Below are positions 1 through 7,625 of a stretch of 41,051 nt of DNA, in pieces. Both the position numbers and the translations under genes were made by a program. The DNA is from a virus (lineage: Duplodnaviria; Caudoviricetes), in IMG/VR virus record IMGVR_UViG_3300032303_002889, positions 1 through 41,051 of that record; one strand, 5' to 3'. Every line of letters starts with the position of its first letter. Within the stretch, counting starts at the first letter, position 1. Under the pieces are notes generated by a model that worked only from the letters and a program-made list of their open reading frames with translations, was not told the DNA's origin and made no database searches.

Positions 1-38
1 ATGAAAACCCGAGGTGCTAACCACTACACTATGAGAGC
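1..38 (-). tRNA. tRNA-Glu(TTC), 5' half only (truncated by window edge)
   Basis: Reverse complement GCTCTCATAGTGTAGTGGTTAGCACCTCGGGTTTTCAT gives acceptor 5' strand, D-arm with TGG and anticodon loop TTTTCAT. Confidence 0.85.
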
Positions 39-44
39 AAGATA

Positions 45-117
45 CGGTCAATGCCGGGATCGAACCGGCGATCTCCTCCGTGACAGGGAGGCGAAATAAC
101 CACTATTCTAATCGACC
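45..117 (-). tRNA. tRNA-Asp(GTC)
   Basis: Full cloverleaf; anticodon arm CCTCC-CTGTCAC-GGAGG; T-loop GGTTCGATCCC; CCA not encoded. Confidence 0.96.
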
Positions 118-122
118 AAAAA

Positions 123-265
123 AGTTCAGTATGCTGTGTAACTGCAGATGGTCAACCTGCACATACGTTCAAGGTGCTTCGAACTCCAAGGTCAAAAGAC
201 TTATCCTCTAATCATGACCTGAATCACGCTCACCATCACACAGCACGTACGTGTTGAACTGAACT
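123..265 (-). ncRNA. Candidate structured non-coding RNA (rod-like, about 143 nt) in the tRNA transcript
   Basis: Four nested inverted repeats: 123-130/258-265, 132-139/238-245, 147-152/232-237, 189-194/215-220. Lies between a promoter and tRNA-Asp; no ORF in the track. Confidence 0.6.
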
Positions 266-349
266 AGAAACCAAAAGAACTAAAAACGAATTGCACCTGC
301 TGAACCGTGGTTACTGGTTGGTGTGCAATTTCTCATACCTTACCTGTTT

Positions 350-378
350 AATATAACCTGATTGCAATTATATGTAAA
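350..378 (-). promoter_or_regulatory. Sigma70-type early promoter TTTACA-N17-TATATT driving the ncRNA/tRNA cluster
   Basis: Exact hexamers with 17-nt spacer and A/T tract upstream; one of 8 copies in the window. Confidence 0.85.
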
Positions 379-392
379 AAACTTTTTTAGAT

Positions 393-421
393 AAAAAAAA
401 GGCACCCTTTTGAGGTGCCTT
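393..421 (-). terminator. Intrinsic terminator
   Basis: AAGGCACC-N7-GGTGCCTT hairpin followed by a T run on the minus strand, just after ORF 442-756. Confidence 0.85.
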
Positions 422-441
422 ACAAAACTCAAGATCTAATC

Positions 442-756
442 TTAAGCTTCTGTTACTGGTTCCTCAACCTTTTCTTCTTCTACCACAACTGGTGTTTCTA
501 CAGTTGTAGCAACGGTTTCTTCAACTTTTGCTTTCTTGCTCTTCTTATCTTCAACAATCGTCTCTTCTACTACAGGAACTGCCACTTCAGCAACCGTTTC
601 AACTACTGCTTCTGGCATGTGTTCAATCTTGTTAAACACTCTTCCTTTATCAGTAAAAACCATGTCGTAAGTAAATTGTCCGTCAGAGACTGGACCATTA
701 TCAATTTTCCAATACTTCTTACCGGTTTTATCAGTGAATTGTTCAATCATACTCAT
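442..756 (-). CDS. Hypothetical protein with Glu/Val-rich low-complexity C-terminus
   Basis: 104-aa ORF, SD AGGAG, ACTAATTA motif upstream, terminator downstream. Confidence 0.8.
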   Translation of the reverse strand: MSMIEQFTDKTGKKYWKIDNGPVSDGQFTYDMVFTDKGRVFNKIEHMPEAVVETVAEVAVPVVEETIVEDKKSKKAKVEETVATTVETPVVVEEEKVEEPVTEA

Positions 757-766
757 AATCTCCTAG

Positions 767-982
767 TTAATTAGTTTCATTAGAATAATCTAGTATAGAT
801 TGATTTGCTGCAAGCTTTTTTATTTGTGTAGAATGCTCTCGATTCTCTTGGCAATATGGGCAGCCATCAACATGCTTCCCGGAGCGCCCGCCATGAGGAC
901 GACAAGAAGAATCAAAACGTTTAGATCCATAATAAGGTTTCCTTTTTTCTTTTCCGTGTAAAATAGCTTTTTTCAAAGACAT
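767..982 (-). CDS. Small basic Cys/His-containing hypothetical phage protein
   Basis: 71 aa, HGKEKRKPY..SK.FD.SCR.HG...CPYC; translationally coupled to the upstream ORF. Confidence 0.8.
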   Translation of the reverse strand: MSLKKAILHGKEKRKPYYGSKRFDSSCRPHGGRSGKHVDGCPYCQENREHSTQIKKLAANQSILDYSNETN

Positions 983-1158
983 CAGTATCGTCCTATCTCA
1001 ATTAATGAATAATTGGTAGGGTCAAATTTCCAATAATTTCCGCTATTGTTTAGCTCTAGTGCTACAAGTTGTGTGTCCTTAAACGTCTTCTTGATTCCAA
1101 ATTGATAATAATCAAATACTGTTTCAAACACTGCCAAAATCTTTTCAAAGTCGGTCAT
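982..1158 (-). CDS. Hypothetical protein, 58 aa (not in ORF track)
   Basis: Hand translation MTDFEKILAVFETVFDYYQFG...SLIEIGRY*; SD GAGG; TGATG overlap with the next gene. Confidence 0.75.
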   Translation of the reverse strand: MTDFEKILAVFETVFDYYQFGIKKTFKDTQLVALELNNSGNYWKFDPTNYSLIEIGRY

Positions 1159-1171
1159 TTTTTGCCTCTTA

Positions 1172-1831
1172 TTAAGAATATAACACTGGAATGATATTAT
1201 TCTTGAACAGAGTGGGATACACTCTATTTAGAACCGTTTTATCATAAGAATATGCTGCATTAAAACAAGACTTAAGACTTTGGTAATGCTGAACTCTAAC
1301 AATGGCAGACTTAATTTTAAAGACTTCAAACTTATTCTGATACAAAGCTTTTACATCTCCATTGTCCAAGTTTTTCATGAAGCCATATGATCCATTAGGA
1401 CGTTTGAGAAGATATTGACGTGAGTTCTTAGCGCGCTCCAATTTCTTGGAGGTAATAAGATTGCTAATCTTTTCATTACGCGCCTTAGAGGTGATGATCA
1501 TCTTAGGATCGATCTTAAAGATTTCTGCCGCCTTGGATTTAAAATCTGCGCCATGACTTAAAGTCTTACCAGTCTGATATTGCCACGCATGAACTAGTTC
1601 ATGTGTGACAGTGTTTCTCCATTCATACTCATCCTTAAGCACCACTTGGCTTAGTGTGATAGACTGTTGATTGGCTTTAACTCGATATAGACCAAGAACA
1701 TTTACCATTCTGGCCGATAACTTGAATTCAATACTTTTCAGGTTAACGCGGCCATTGAAGTATTTGGAATTAGCTGCATGAGCATACTTCATAATGTTAT
1801 CAATTGCCAAAGCTTTTTCTTTTTGAGTCAT
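1172..1831 (-). CDS. SprT-like zinc metalloprotease
   Basis: HELVH (HExxH) plus downstream HGADF. Start moved to ATG 1831 (SD TAAGGA) because the promoter occupies 1850-1878. Confidence 0.85.
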   Translation of the reverse strand: MTQKEKALAIDNIMKYAHAANSKYFNGRVNLKSIEFKLSARMVNVLGLYRVKANQQSITLSQVVLKDEYEWRNTVTHELVHAWQYQTGKTLSHGADFKSKAAEIFKIDPKMIITSKARNEKISNLITSKKLERAKNSRQYLLKRPNGSYGFMKNLDNGDVKALYQNKFEVFKIKSAIVRVQHYQSLKSCFNAAYSYDKTVLNRVYPTLFKNNIIPVLYS

Positions 1832-1849
1832 GATCTTCCTTATGATTCT

Positions 1850-1878
1850 AATATAATTCAAATACGCTTAATTGTAAA
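1850..1878 (-). promoter_or_regulatory. Early promoter TTTACA-N17-TATATT
   Basis: Exact motif and spacing. Confidence 0.85.
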
Positions 1879-1887
1879 AACATTTTC

Positions 1888-2091
1888 CTAATGCAATTTT
1901 GCTATTAGCCAATTAAGAACTTGAAATCGTTCTCCAAATGCCAGGTTTGTGGCTTTCAAACGAGTTAGTATGGGAGAGGTTGACACATCAGACACATCTT
2001 TCATTTCACGTACCATCTTTTCAATAATGGCTTTTTCAATTGAGTCTGTTTGATTCCAGGCCTTATTGATATTTCGTGGAAGCTTTGTCAT
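1888..2091 (-). CDS. Hypothetical protein
   Basis: 67-aa ORF with its own promoter and SD TAAGGA. Confidence 0.75.
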   Translation of the reverse strand: MTKLPRNINKAWNQTDSIEKAIIEKMVREMKDVSDVSTSPILTRLKATNLAFGERFQVLNWLIAKLH

Positions 2092-2111
2092 AGGTATTTC
2101 CTTACAGATCT

Positions 2112-2140
2112 AATATAATCTGACAGGGCTTATTTGTAAA
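2112..2140 (-). promoter_or_regulatory. Early promoter TTTACA-N17-TATATT
   Basis: Exact motif and spacing. Confidence 0.85.
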
Positions 2141-2142
2141 AT

Positions 2143-2167
2143 AAAAAAGATGGGACTTTCACCCATC
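2143..2167 (-). terminator. Intrinsic terminator
   Basis: GATGGG-N7-CCCATC hairpin followed by T6 on the minus strand. Confidence 0.75.
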
Positions 2168-2212
2168 CTGATCGCTATTAATTGTAAGGAGAAATTGCGA
2201 TCTGGATAATTC

Positions 2213-2437
2213 CTAATTTGGCGGGCGTTCTCTATCAACCCAAGTATAATTAATTGGCCAGTGATGCTGATTGCCAAGAGGATCAAAGAACTTTACCATT
2301 CCTTCATGATAATGAATCTCTGCCTTGGTGTAAATTACCTTAGGAGATTGACCTGGCTGGCAAGTGGTTACCTTATGCCAGGTCATTGGCAAATCAGACT
2401 GAGCTCGATTTAGAAGATTTTCAAAGATGCTTTTCAT
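2213..2437 (-). CDS. Hypothetical protein
   Basis: 74-aa ORF coupled to the upstream gene by a TAATG overlap. Confidence 0.7.
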   Translation of the reverse strand: MKSIFENLLNRAQSDLPMTWHKVTTCQPGQSPKVIYTKAEIHYHEGMVKFFDPLGNQHHWPINYTWVDRERPPN

Positions 2438-2709
2438 TACTTAAAGTATCTCACTGAGCGGTCAAGCATTTCGAGATAATCAGAACGAATGGAACGAGGG
2501 ATGTCATTAATATCCGGTGAAGGAATAGTAAATGCTCGTTGGATAGCAATGCGAATTCCCAACTGCTTGTCAAACCTATCTCGCTTATTAGCGAGTGAGA
2601 AACCAACTTCATTACGACCAATTGCAACAAGAACACCTACCTTTTGATTTTGCCTATTTCGTGTATACTTAACAAGTATTCTTCCTTCTACAACATCTAA
2701 CATTTTCAT
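2437..2709 (-). CDS. Hypothetical phage protein
   Basis: 90 aa, SD AAGGAG; G.S....D.FD...G..IA..RA pattern common in small phage proteins. Confidence 0.8.
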   Translation of the reverse strand: MKMLDVVEGRILVKYTRNRQNQKVGVLVAIGRNEVGFSLANKRDRFDKQLGIRIAIQRAFTIPSPDINDIPRSIRSDYLEMLDRSVRYFK

Positions 2710-2731
2710 CTCCTTTTCTGAGCTATTTATA

Positions 2732-2804
2732 TACTACCCCAAGGAATTGAACCTTGTGTGCCAGCTTATAAGGCTGGTCCTCAATACCATCGAGGACGAG
2801 TAGC
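2732..2804 (-). tRNA. tRNA-Ile(TAT), AUA-decoding, atypical core
   Basis: Cloverleaf with anticodon arm CCAGC-CTTATAA-GCTGG and T-arm CAAGG-TTCAATT-CCTTG; G at positions 8 and 14 instead of U8/A14. Confidence 0.85.
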
Positions 2805-2811
2805 AAGTCAT

Positions 2812-2883
2812 TGAGCCTGGAGGGAATCGAACCCCCATTAAGATATTAGAAGTATCTGATCCTATCCGTTGAATGACAGGCCC
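2812..2883 (-). tRNA. tRNA-Arg(TCT)
   Basis: Cloverleaf; anticodon arm AGATA-CTTCTAA-TATCT; T-loop GGTTCGATTCC. Confidence 0.95.
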
Positions 2884-2891
2884 ATAAAATT

Positions 2892-2915
2892 GCTCCCACA
2901 TATATATGTGGGAGC
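2892..2915 (-). terminator. Palindromic hairpin after rIIB (terminator or processing stem)
   Basis: Perfect 24-bp palindrome GCTCCCACATATATATGTGGGAGC. Confidence 0.6.
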
Positions 2916-2921
2916 TATTAA

Positions 2922-3938
2922 CTACGAGTGGTTTATGACGTACTCAATCAGGTCCTTCATGGTAAAGGAATAGAACTTTTCATCAAGAAATTCGCGGGTG
3001 ACCTCTTCAATTGACTTGCCAAGTACTGTGACATGAAAGTGGGTAAAAACCCTAAATGCCAGGTCTTCAATTTCCTTGTCAGTGAGATCCTCGCAAAGAT
3101 CACTTTCAAACTTAGCGGTTTTGAACTCATCCATGGAACGGAATTGAGTGATAAGATCTCCAATTTTGGCGGCCGAAGCGTTGGTCATGAAGCCTTCAAA
3201 CAACGGGTCATTCTCGCCACGAGGAATCACACTCACAACTTCATAGGTAGCCACGCGCATTTTGGCATTGTTATAATCAACCGGAACCGAAACAACGTCA
3301 CGAGGATTGATTTTGCAAACCACAATCACATCATCCAGGTCAGTCTTTCCTTGGCCGCCGTAATGAGCCATGTAATTAAAGCTGGCAACATGCAGGCCAC
3401 GACTACAGGTGCGATTCTTGTCATCATCAACCTGATGGCGGGCCATTGTGGGCTTGGAGCCAACTGAGTTATCAAAAACTCCAGTGTGAAGATCTCGAAA
3501 GTCATAGCGAACTTTCTTATAGGCCAAGAAGCAACCATCATCAGTGATAGGAAGATCGTTGGCATCCAGAAAGCCATAAAGCTGATCAACCGAATTCAAT
3601 GAAGGATTCTCATAGAGGTTTGCAATAAACTTTTCCATGACCTCCAGGCTTTCACCAGCATCAATGATTGCCTGAAGACGAATGGCCAGTGATTGATGAA
3701 GTGGAAAACCATCAAAGGTAGTCTTTTCACCATCAAACTGAATCTTGCCTTGAGACCAGACTGACACAGTCTTTTGCTCATCAATGAGCATCTGAAGCTC
3801 ATCTTCAGTGATTGTTCCATTAAGCAATCCAGAATTGATCTTGCCAAAATTGACATGACCCTCCTGAATATTAATTGGGGTACCGTCACTCACAAAAACA
3901 GTGAGTCCGGATTTAGTTCGTACAAAGGGTACTTGCAT
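2922..3938 (-). CDS. rIIB: RIIB-like protein
   Basis: LYGFL...LPITDDGCFLAYKKV...D.HTG.FDNSVG....M.R..VDDD....CSRGLHV core; directly follows rIIA. Confidence 0.92.
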   Translation of the reverse strand: MQVPFVRTKSGLTVFVSDGTPINIQEGHVNFGKINSGLLNGTITEDELQMLIDEQKTVSVWSQGKIQFDGEKTTFDGFPLHQSLAIRLQAIIDAGESLEVMEKFIANLYENPSLNSVDQLYGFLDANDLPITDDGCFLAYKKVRYDFRDLHTGVFDNSVGSKPTMARHQVDDDKNRTCSRGLHVASFNYMAHYGGQGKTDLDDVIVVCKINPRDVVSVPVDYNNAKMRVATYEVVSVIPRGENDPLFEGFMTNASAAKIGDLITQFRSMDEFKTAKFESDLCEDLTDKEIEDLAFRVFTHFHVTVLGKSIEEVTREFLDEKFYSFTMKDLIEYVINHS

Positions 3939-3957
3939 TTTCTCTCCTTACCTTTCT

Positions 3958-3986
3958 AATATAACAACTACTAGGTTAGTTGTAAA
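3958..3986 (-). promoter_or_regulatory. Early promoter TTTACA-N17-TATATT (rIIB)
   Basis: Exact motif; SD TAAGGAG follows. Confidence 0.85.
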
Positions 3987-3993
3987 AAACTTT

Positions 3994-6048
3994 TTAAGCA
4001 ATTTTAACCAACCTCTCAAGCTTGATGGTATTAACCATCTCAACCAGCGCAACCTCTTCATCTTTGTGAATTTTGCTATAATCAGAGATGCCACGAGAGA
4101 TCATTTTAAGAACAAGATTGCTATTAATGAAAGCGGTGATTTCTTTTTCAAAAGGATTCAATTCAATTCCATAAAGCATGTCATGGCAAACATGATTAAG
4201 ACTGAAGGTGTTTAAACCATTGGAGGAATTCTTAGGAGCCAGATAGGCATTGGTGGTAATGAACTCGCTAACTGCAGGAAGGCCAGCATTATCAACTACA
4301 ATACGACACAAAGGATTGCGAACAAGACGATCAAAGTTTTCCTTTTTTTTCATTTCAATATAGTCATTGAGAACGATCTTGGCAAGATCTTTTCTGAGAT
4401 CGTCAACCGGCTTGATCTTGGCAGACAGCTTGCGCTGCTTAACCTTTTCAACAACGTAGACTGTGGCCAGGCCGCTGGTTTCAAGATAATCAAGATCTGA
4501 TGAGATGCGGTAAATCCACGAATCCTTGTAGTGAACACGATCAACCCAATAGGCATTTTTGGCAGAGCTCATGTTGCTAAGAGTAAGCTGAACTCCATTG
4601 CCTAAGCTGCGACCAAGAACTTCAGAAGGAGTGGAGGTGCCGCGAACAGTTTTGTCCTTGACAACCGGAACTGCAACCTTAACGTCCTCTTCACAAAGGC
4701 CAAAGAACTCAAGCAAACCGTTAGGAATTTTATCCTTAACTGCAATAAAGATGAGTGAGCTTAGGCCGTGATACAAACTGGTTTGATCTTTGATCAGACC
4801 AGGAACACGATTCTTGCCATAAACTTTACCAACCTTAATGATCACAGGCTTGCGGTCAGCGTTGTGAAAAGCCATGTCTTCAACCATGGTGTTTTGCAAT
4901 TTGATGCGACCTTGCTTGCCATAAGTGGTGAAGTCATAAGCGGTGGCGCCAACAAAGGAAGCCTTGACTTTGAAATTATCCTTACGAAGATCTTCAACGC
5001 GAGGATGATTGGGATAATAACCAATGACCTGGTAAATCTCACTGGCTTTGCGAGCCACAATAAAATCGCTATCAGTGTTAAGAATCGATTCGGAAGCTTT
5101 TTCACGAAGCTCCTCAACACCGGCATCCATTACATAAATGAGATTCTTAAGAGTGCGCTTGTCATAGGACAATGATTCACGAGACGGAGCGAGATCAACC
5201 TCGCCAATATTGCAATTGAACACAATAGCGCGGCGAGAATAACTACCAAACTTATTACGAATAAGAGTGCGGGTAGGACCGTCAGGCAGTGCGCCAATTT
5301 GATCCAGGTCAACCGGGTAAATGGAAGATCCCATTTTAACAAAGACACCACCAAGGTTAACCTGGTCATAGCTATTGGTGCGAGTGTCATCATAAATAGT
5401 GAACTTGCTGCCAGGAAACGCAGAGGACTTTTCAAGATTCCATTTGAAAGTGAGGTTAACCTCAACTTGATCTTTCATCCAGAAGAAAAGACGGCCAGCT
5501 TTTTGTTGAAATTCCTGAATGTCTTTGCTATTCACAGGAACGTAAACTTCAAGGCCATTGCGATCAGTAGTGTCAACCTCATTAACCAGGCTGATCTCAG
5601 GAAGATTTTCGCTATTGATCAAGGCCGCATAAGAGCGCTTTTTGCCATTGAAAATGCTGACAACTTGGAATTGATCAGTGTAAGCAAATGGGCTTTTGGA
5701 ACCAAGACCAAAGCCGCCAATGAGATCATTAGATTCAGTTTTGGTGGACCTGAAGTAGGTGGTGTAGAGAACCATTACGTCCTCATGGTCAAGGCCAATG
5801 CCTTGATCCTTAACACTGAAATAGGGTTCATCAGGACGTGGCAGGTGGACAATTACCTTGTCTGTATTGCCTGCAGCCACGTTGGCGTCAATGCCATTGG
5901 TGGTGATTTCACGAAGGACAGCAGTGATTTTGTCCTTGTAGAGGCTGGATGATAGGATGTGGAAAGCTTTGGCCGAGGCATCAATGGTGAATCCACGAGC
6001 CTCGCCAAGATTGCTTGCAACCCTATTGGTTTTTTCGTTAACGATCAT
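3994..6048 (-). CDS. rIIA: RIIA-like protein (N-terminal GHKL/Hsp90-like ATPase)
   Basis: LSSSLYKD...VLREITTNGIDA, KDQGIG, STK..SND.IGGFGLGSKSPFAYTD, PSRESLSY motifs. Confidence 0.93.
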   Translation of the reverse strand: MIVNEKTNRVASNLGEARGFTIDASAKAFHILSSSLYKDKITAVLREITTNGIDANVAAGNTDKVIVHLPRPDEPYFSVKDQGIGLDHEDVMVLYTTYFRSTKTESNDLIGGFGLGSKSPFAYTDQFQVVSIFNGKKRSYAALINSENLPEISLVNEVDTTDRNGLEVYVPVNSKDIQEFQQKAGRLFFWMKDQVEVNLTFKWNLEKSSAFPGSKFTIYDDTRTNSYDQVNLGGVFVKMGSSIYPVDLDQIGALPDGPTRTLIRNKFGSYSRRAIVFNCNIGEVDLAPSRESLSYDKRTLKNLIYVMDAGVEELREKASESILNTDSDFIVARKASEIYQVIGYYPNHPRVEDLRKDNFKVKASFVGATAYDFTTYGKQGRIKLQNTMVEDMAFHNADRKPVIIKVGKVYGKNRVPGLIKDQTSLYHGLSSLIFIAVKDKIPNGLLEFFGLCEEDVKVAVPVVKDKTVRGTSTPSEVLGRSLGNGVQLTLSNMSSAKNAYWVDRVHYKDSWIYRISSDLDYLETSGLATVYVVEKVKQRKLSAKIKPVDDLRKDLAKIVLNDYIEMKKKENFDRLVRNPLCRIVVDNAGLPAVSEFITTNAYLAPKNSSNGLNTFSLNHVCHDMLYGIELNPFEKEITAFINSNLVLKMISRGISDYSKIHKDEEVALVEMVNTIKLERLVKIA

Positions 6049-6070
6049 ATTTCGTTCTCCTTACCTGTCT

Positions 6071-6099
6071 AATATAATCATGCTCTAACTGTTTGTAAA
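6071..6099 (-). promoter_or_regulatory. Early promoter TTTACA-N17-TATATT (rIIA)
   Basis: Exact motif; SD TAAGGAG follows. Confidence 0.85.
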
Positions 6100-6187
6100 A
6101 AAGATTTTGCAATCTTTTTTTGAAGCCGAGCATCACTATGCATGAGGTGGTTGTACTATTTGTTATTGCACCCATACTCATGGGTCT

Positions 6188-6216
6188 AATATATTCAGAA
6201 TCTGCTTATATGTAAA
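6188..6216 (-). promoter_or_regulatory. Early promoter TTTACA-N17-TATATT with no obvious gene
   Basis: Exact motif, 117 nt upstream of the rIIA promoter. Confidence 0.75.
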
Positions 6217-6219
6217 TAA

Positions 6220-7236
6220 TTAATTGAATATCTTTTTTTGTTTGGCTAATTCGTAAAATGCAAAGCTTGCCAGGTTTTTGGCCTTGCTTTCGCACATGAT
6301 ATCAAAATCCTGAATAAAGCCAAGTGCCCATTCATTTACAGCAGTATTCCAATAGAAGTCTGAATGAGCGCGCAACTTTTGCTTTCGGTAACCTGCAGCA
6401 AGAAGACTAGGCATATCAGGCCGTGTTTGTGAGCAATGATCTATTAAGAGATCTTCACGACTAACACTGAAATGAGCAGTAGGACGAGTACCACGCCAGC
6501 TATCAAGCACGTGTTGTACTCGCGGATCAGTTGGCAATATATACTCTCCAGTACGAATCCAGTGATGATGTATATCAAGAACCAGAGCAGTATGAGATCC
6601 TACTGCAAGAATATCATCCAAGCCAGCACTCATTTCATCATTTTCAATAGTGATAAGATTTTGAGCTTCAGGAGTCATACGGCTAAGAGAAGACAAATAC
6701 TTGGCAGCGCCACCACGACCACTAAGATGCACATTGATTTTAAAGCCATGATCATGCCAGGACGAGCCGTAACCCATCCAGCGAGCTACGTCTACATGAT
6801 ATTCAAATTCCTCAATGCTACGCTCAACAATTTCATTGCTAAGACTGGCAAGAACGCAAAACTGACCAGGATGAAACGATAAGCGTACATCATGTGCACG
6901 AGCAAACTCACCTATGGGTGCAAAATGTTTAGCACAATAATCTCGTATATCGCCTTGCTCATAAAACCAACGCCATGATGGTTCAGTATACATAGGAAGA
7001 ACATGACTGCCAATGCGCGCCATACGTAGTTGTGGATCTTGCTGTGCAATCTTTTCCACAAAACGACCTGTGGAAGAGATATTGTGTTGAACAATATCCC
7101 ATAGCCGTTGCACTGCTACATCACGTGGTTGTCTTTTAAGCCAGGCAACTGTGGTGGATCGCATGTTAACCAGTGGATCGGGTGTGTTAGAGCTGTCAAC
7201 CCATTTGCATGCAAAGCCTATACGTTTTTGAACCAT
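6220..7236 (-). CDS. uvsE: UV damage endonuclease UvsE/UVDE
   Basis: RIGFAC, RLSFHPGQF.VL.S, IENDE, LVLDIHHH and LRAHSD motifs. Confidence 0.95.
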   Translation of the reverse strand: MVQKRIGFACKWVDSSNTPDPLVNMRSTTVAWLKRQPRDVAVQRLWDIVQHNISSTGRFVEKIAQQDPQLRMARIGSHVLPMYTEPSWRWFYEQGDIRDYCAKHFAPIGEFARAHDVRLSFHPGQFCVLASLSNEIVERSIEEFEYHVDVARWMGYGSSWHDHGFKINVHLSGRGGAAKYLSSLSRMTPEAQNLITIENDEMSAGLDDILAVGSHTALVLDIHHHWIRTGEYILPTDPRVQHVLDSWRGTRPTAHFSVSREDLLIDHCSQTRPDMPSLLAAGYRKQKLRAHSDFYWNTAVNEWALGFIQDFDIMCESKAKNLASFAFYELAKQKKIFN

Positions 7237-7245
7237 TGTGAGTCT

Positions 7246-7274
7246 AATATAACAATGGACCTGTCATTTGTAAA
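7246..7274 (-). promoter_or_regulatory. Early promoter TTTACA-N17-TATATT (uvsE, near-leaderless)
   Basis: Exact motif; ATG lies 9 nt past the -10 box, no SD. Confidence 0.85.
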
Positions 7275-7339
7275 AACTTTTTTTCTCCTATTCTAATCGC
7301 GTCACGCGCGCGAGCGTGCTTGCAAAAGAATGCCAATGT

Positions 7340-7378
7340 ATATATACGGCTCATGTGTAACTTTAATATATACGGCTC
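7340..7378. repeat. 13-bp direct repeat ATATATACGGCTC x2
   Basis: Copies at 7340-7352 and 7366-7378, between divergent promoters. Confidence 0.85.
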
Positions 7379-7392
7379 GTGCGCATATTTGT

Positions 7393-7421
7393 TTTACATA
7401 CTAATTGTGTGTGGTTATATT
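7393..7421 (+). promoter_or_regulatory. Promoter TTTACA-N17-TATATT driving the DNA-modification operon
   Basis: Exact motif on the plus strand. Confidence 0.85.
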
Positions 7422-7449
7422 ACTTTACAAAGAAGGAGATGTTACTTTA

Positions 7450-7623
7450 ATGCCAGTCAAAGACCCGGTTGATTATGAAATCATCGTTGATGATAGTCCC
7501 GTAGAGAAGAATGATAATATTATAGAGTATGAGGTGTGTTCTGAATGTGATGGAGACGGACAAATAGAGATTGGATATTCCACTTATATTTGTAAGGCCT
7601 GTCAAGGAAAAGGATACATTTAA
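7450..7623 (+). CDS. Small zinc-finger protein (two CxxCxGxG, DnaJ-like repeats)
   Basis: CSECDGDG and CKACQGKG; start moved to ATG 7450 after SD AAGGAG. Confidence 0.75.
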   Translation: MPVKDPVDYEIIVDDSPVEKNDNIIEYEVCSECDGDGQIEIGYSTYICKACQGKGYI

Positions 7624-7625
7624 AC

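Noticed and set aside
280-336. 18-codon ORF and hairpin (AATTGCAC/GTGCAATT) after the first promoter
   Set aside because: The SD-like TAAGG abuts the ATG and the ORF is too short to support; treated as tRNA operon leader.
415-774. 119-aa plus-strand ORF
   Set aside because: Antisense shadow of 442-756, starts inside a terminator, no RBS.
1832-1861. N-terminal extension of SprT in the ORF track
   Set aside because: Overlaps the promoter -10 box; the SD points to ATG 1831.
3033-5952. Several long plus-strand and alternate-frame ORFs over rIIA/rIIB (e.g. 5299-5952)
   Set aside because: Expected shadows of codon-biased genes; no RBS, promoter or motifs.
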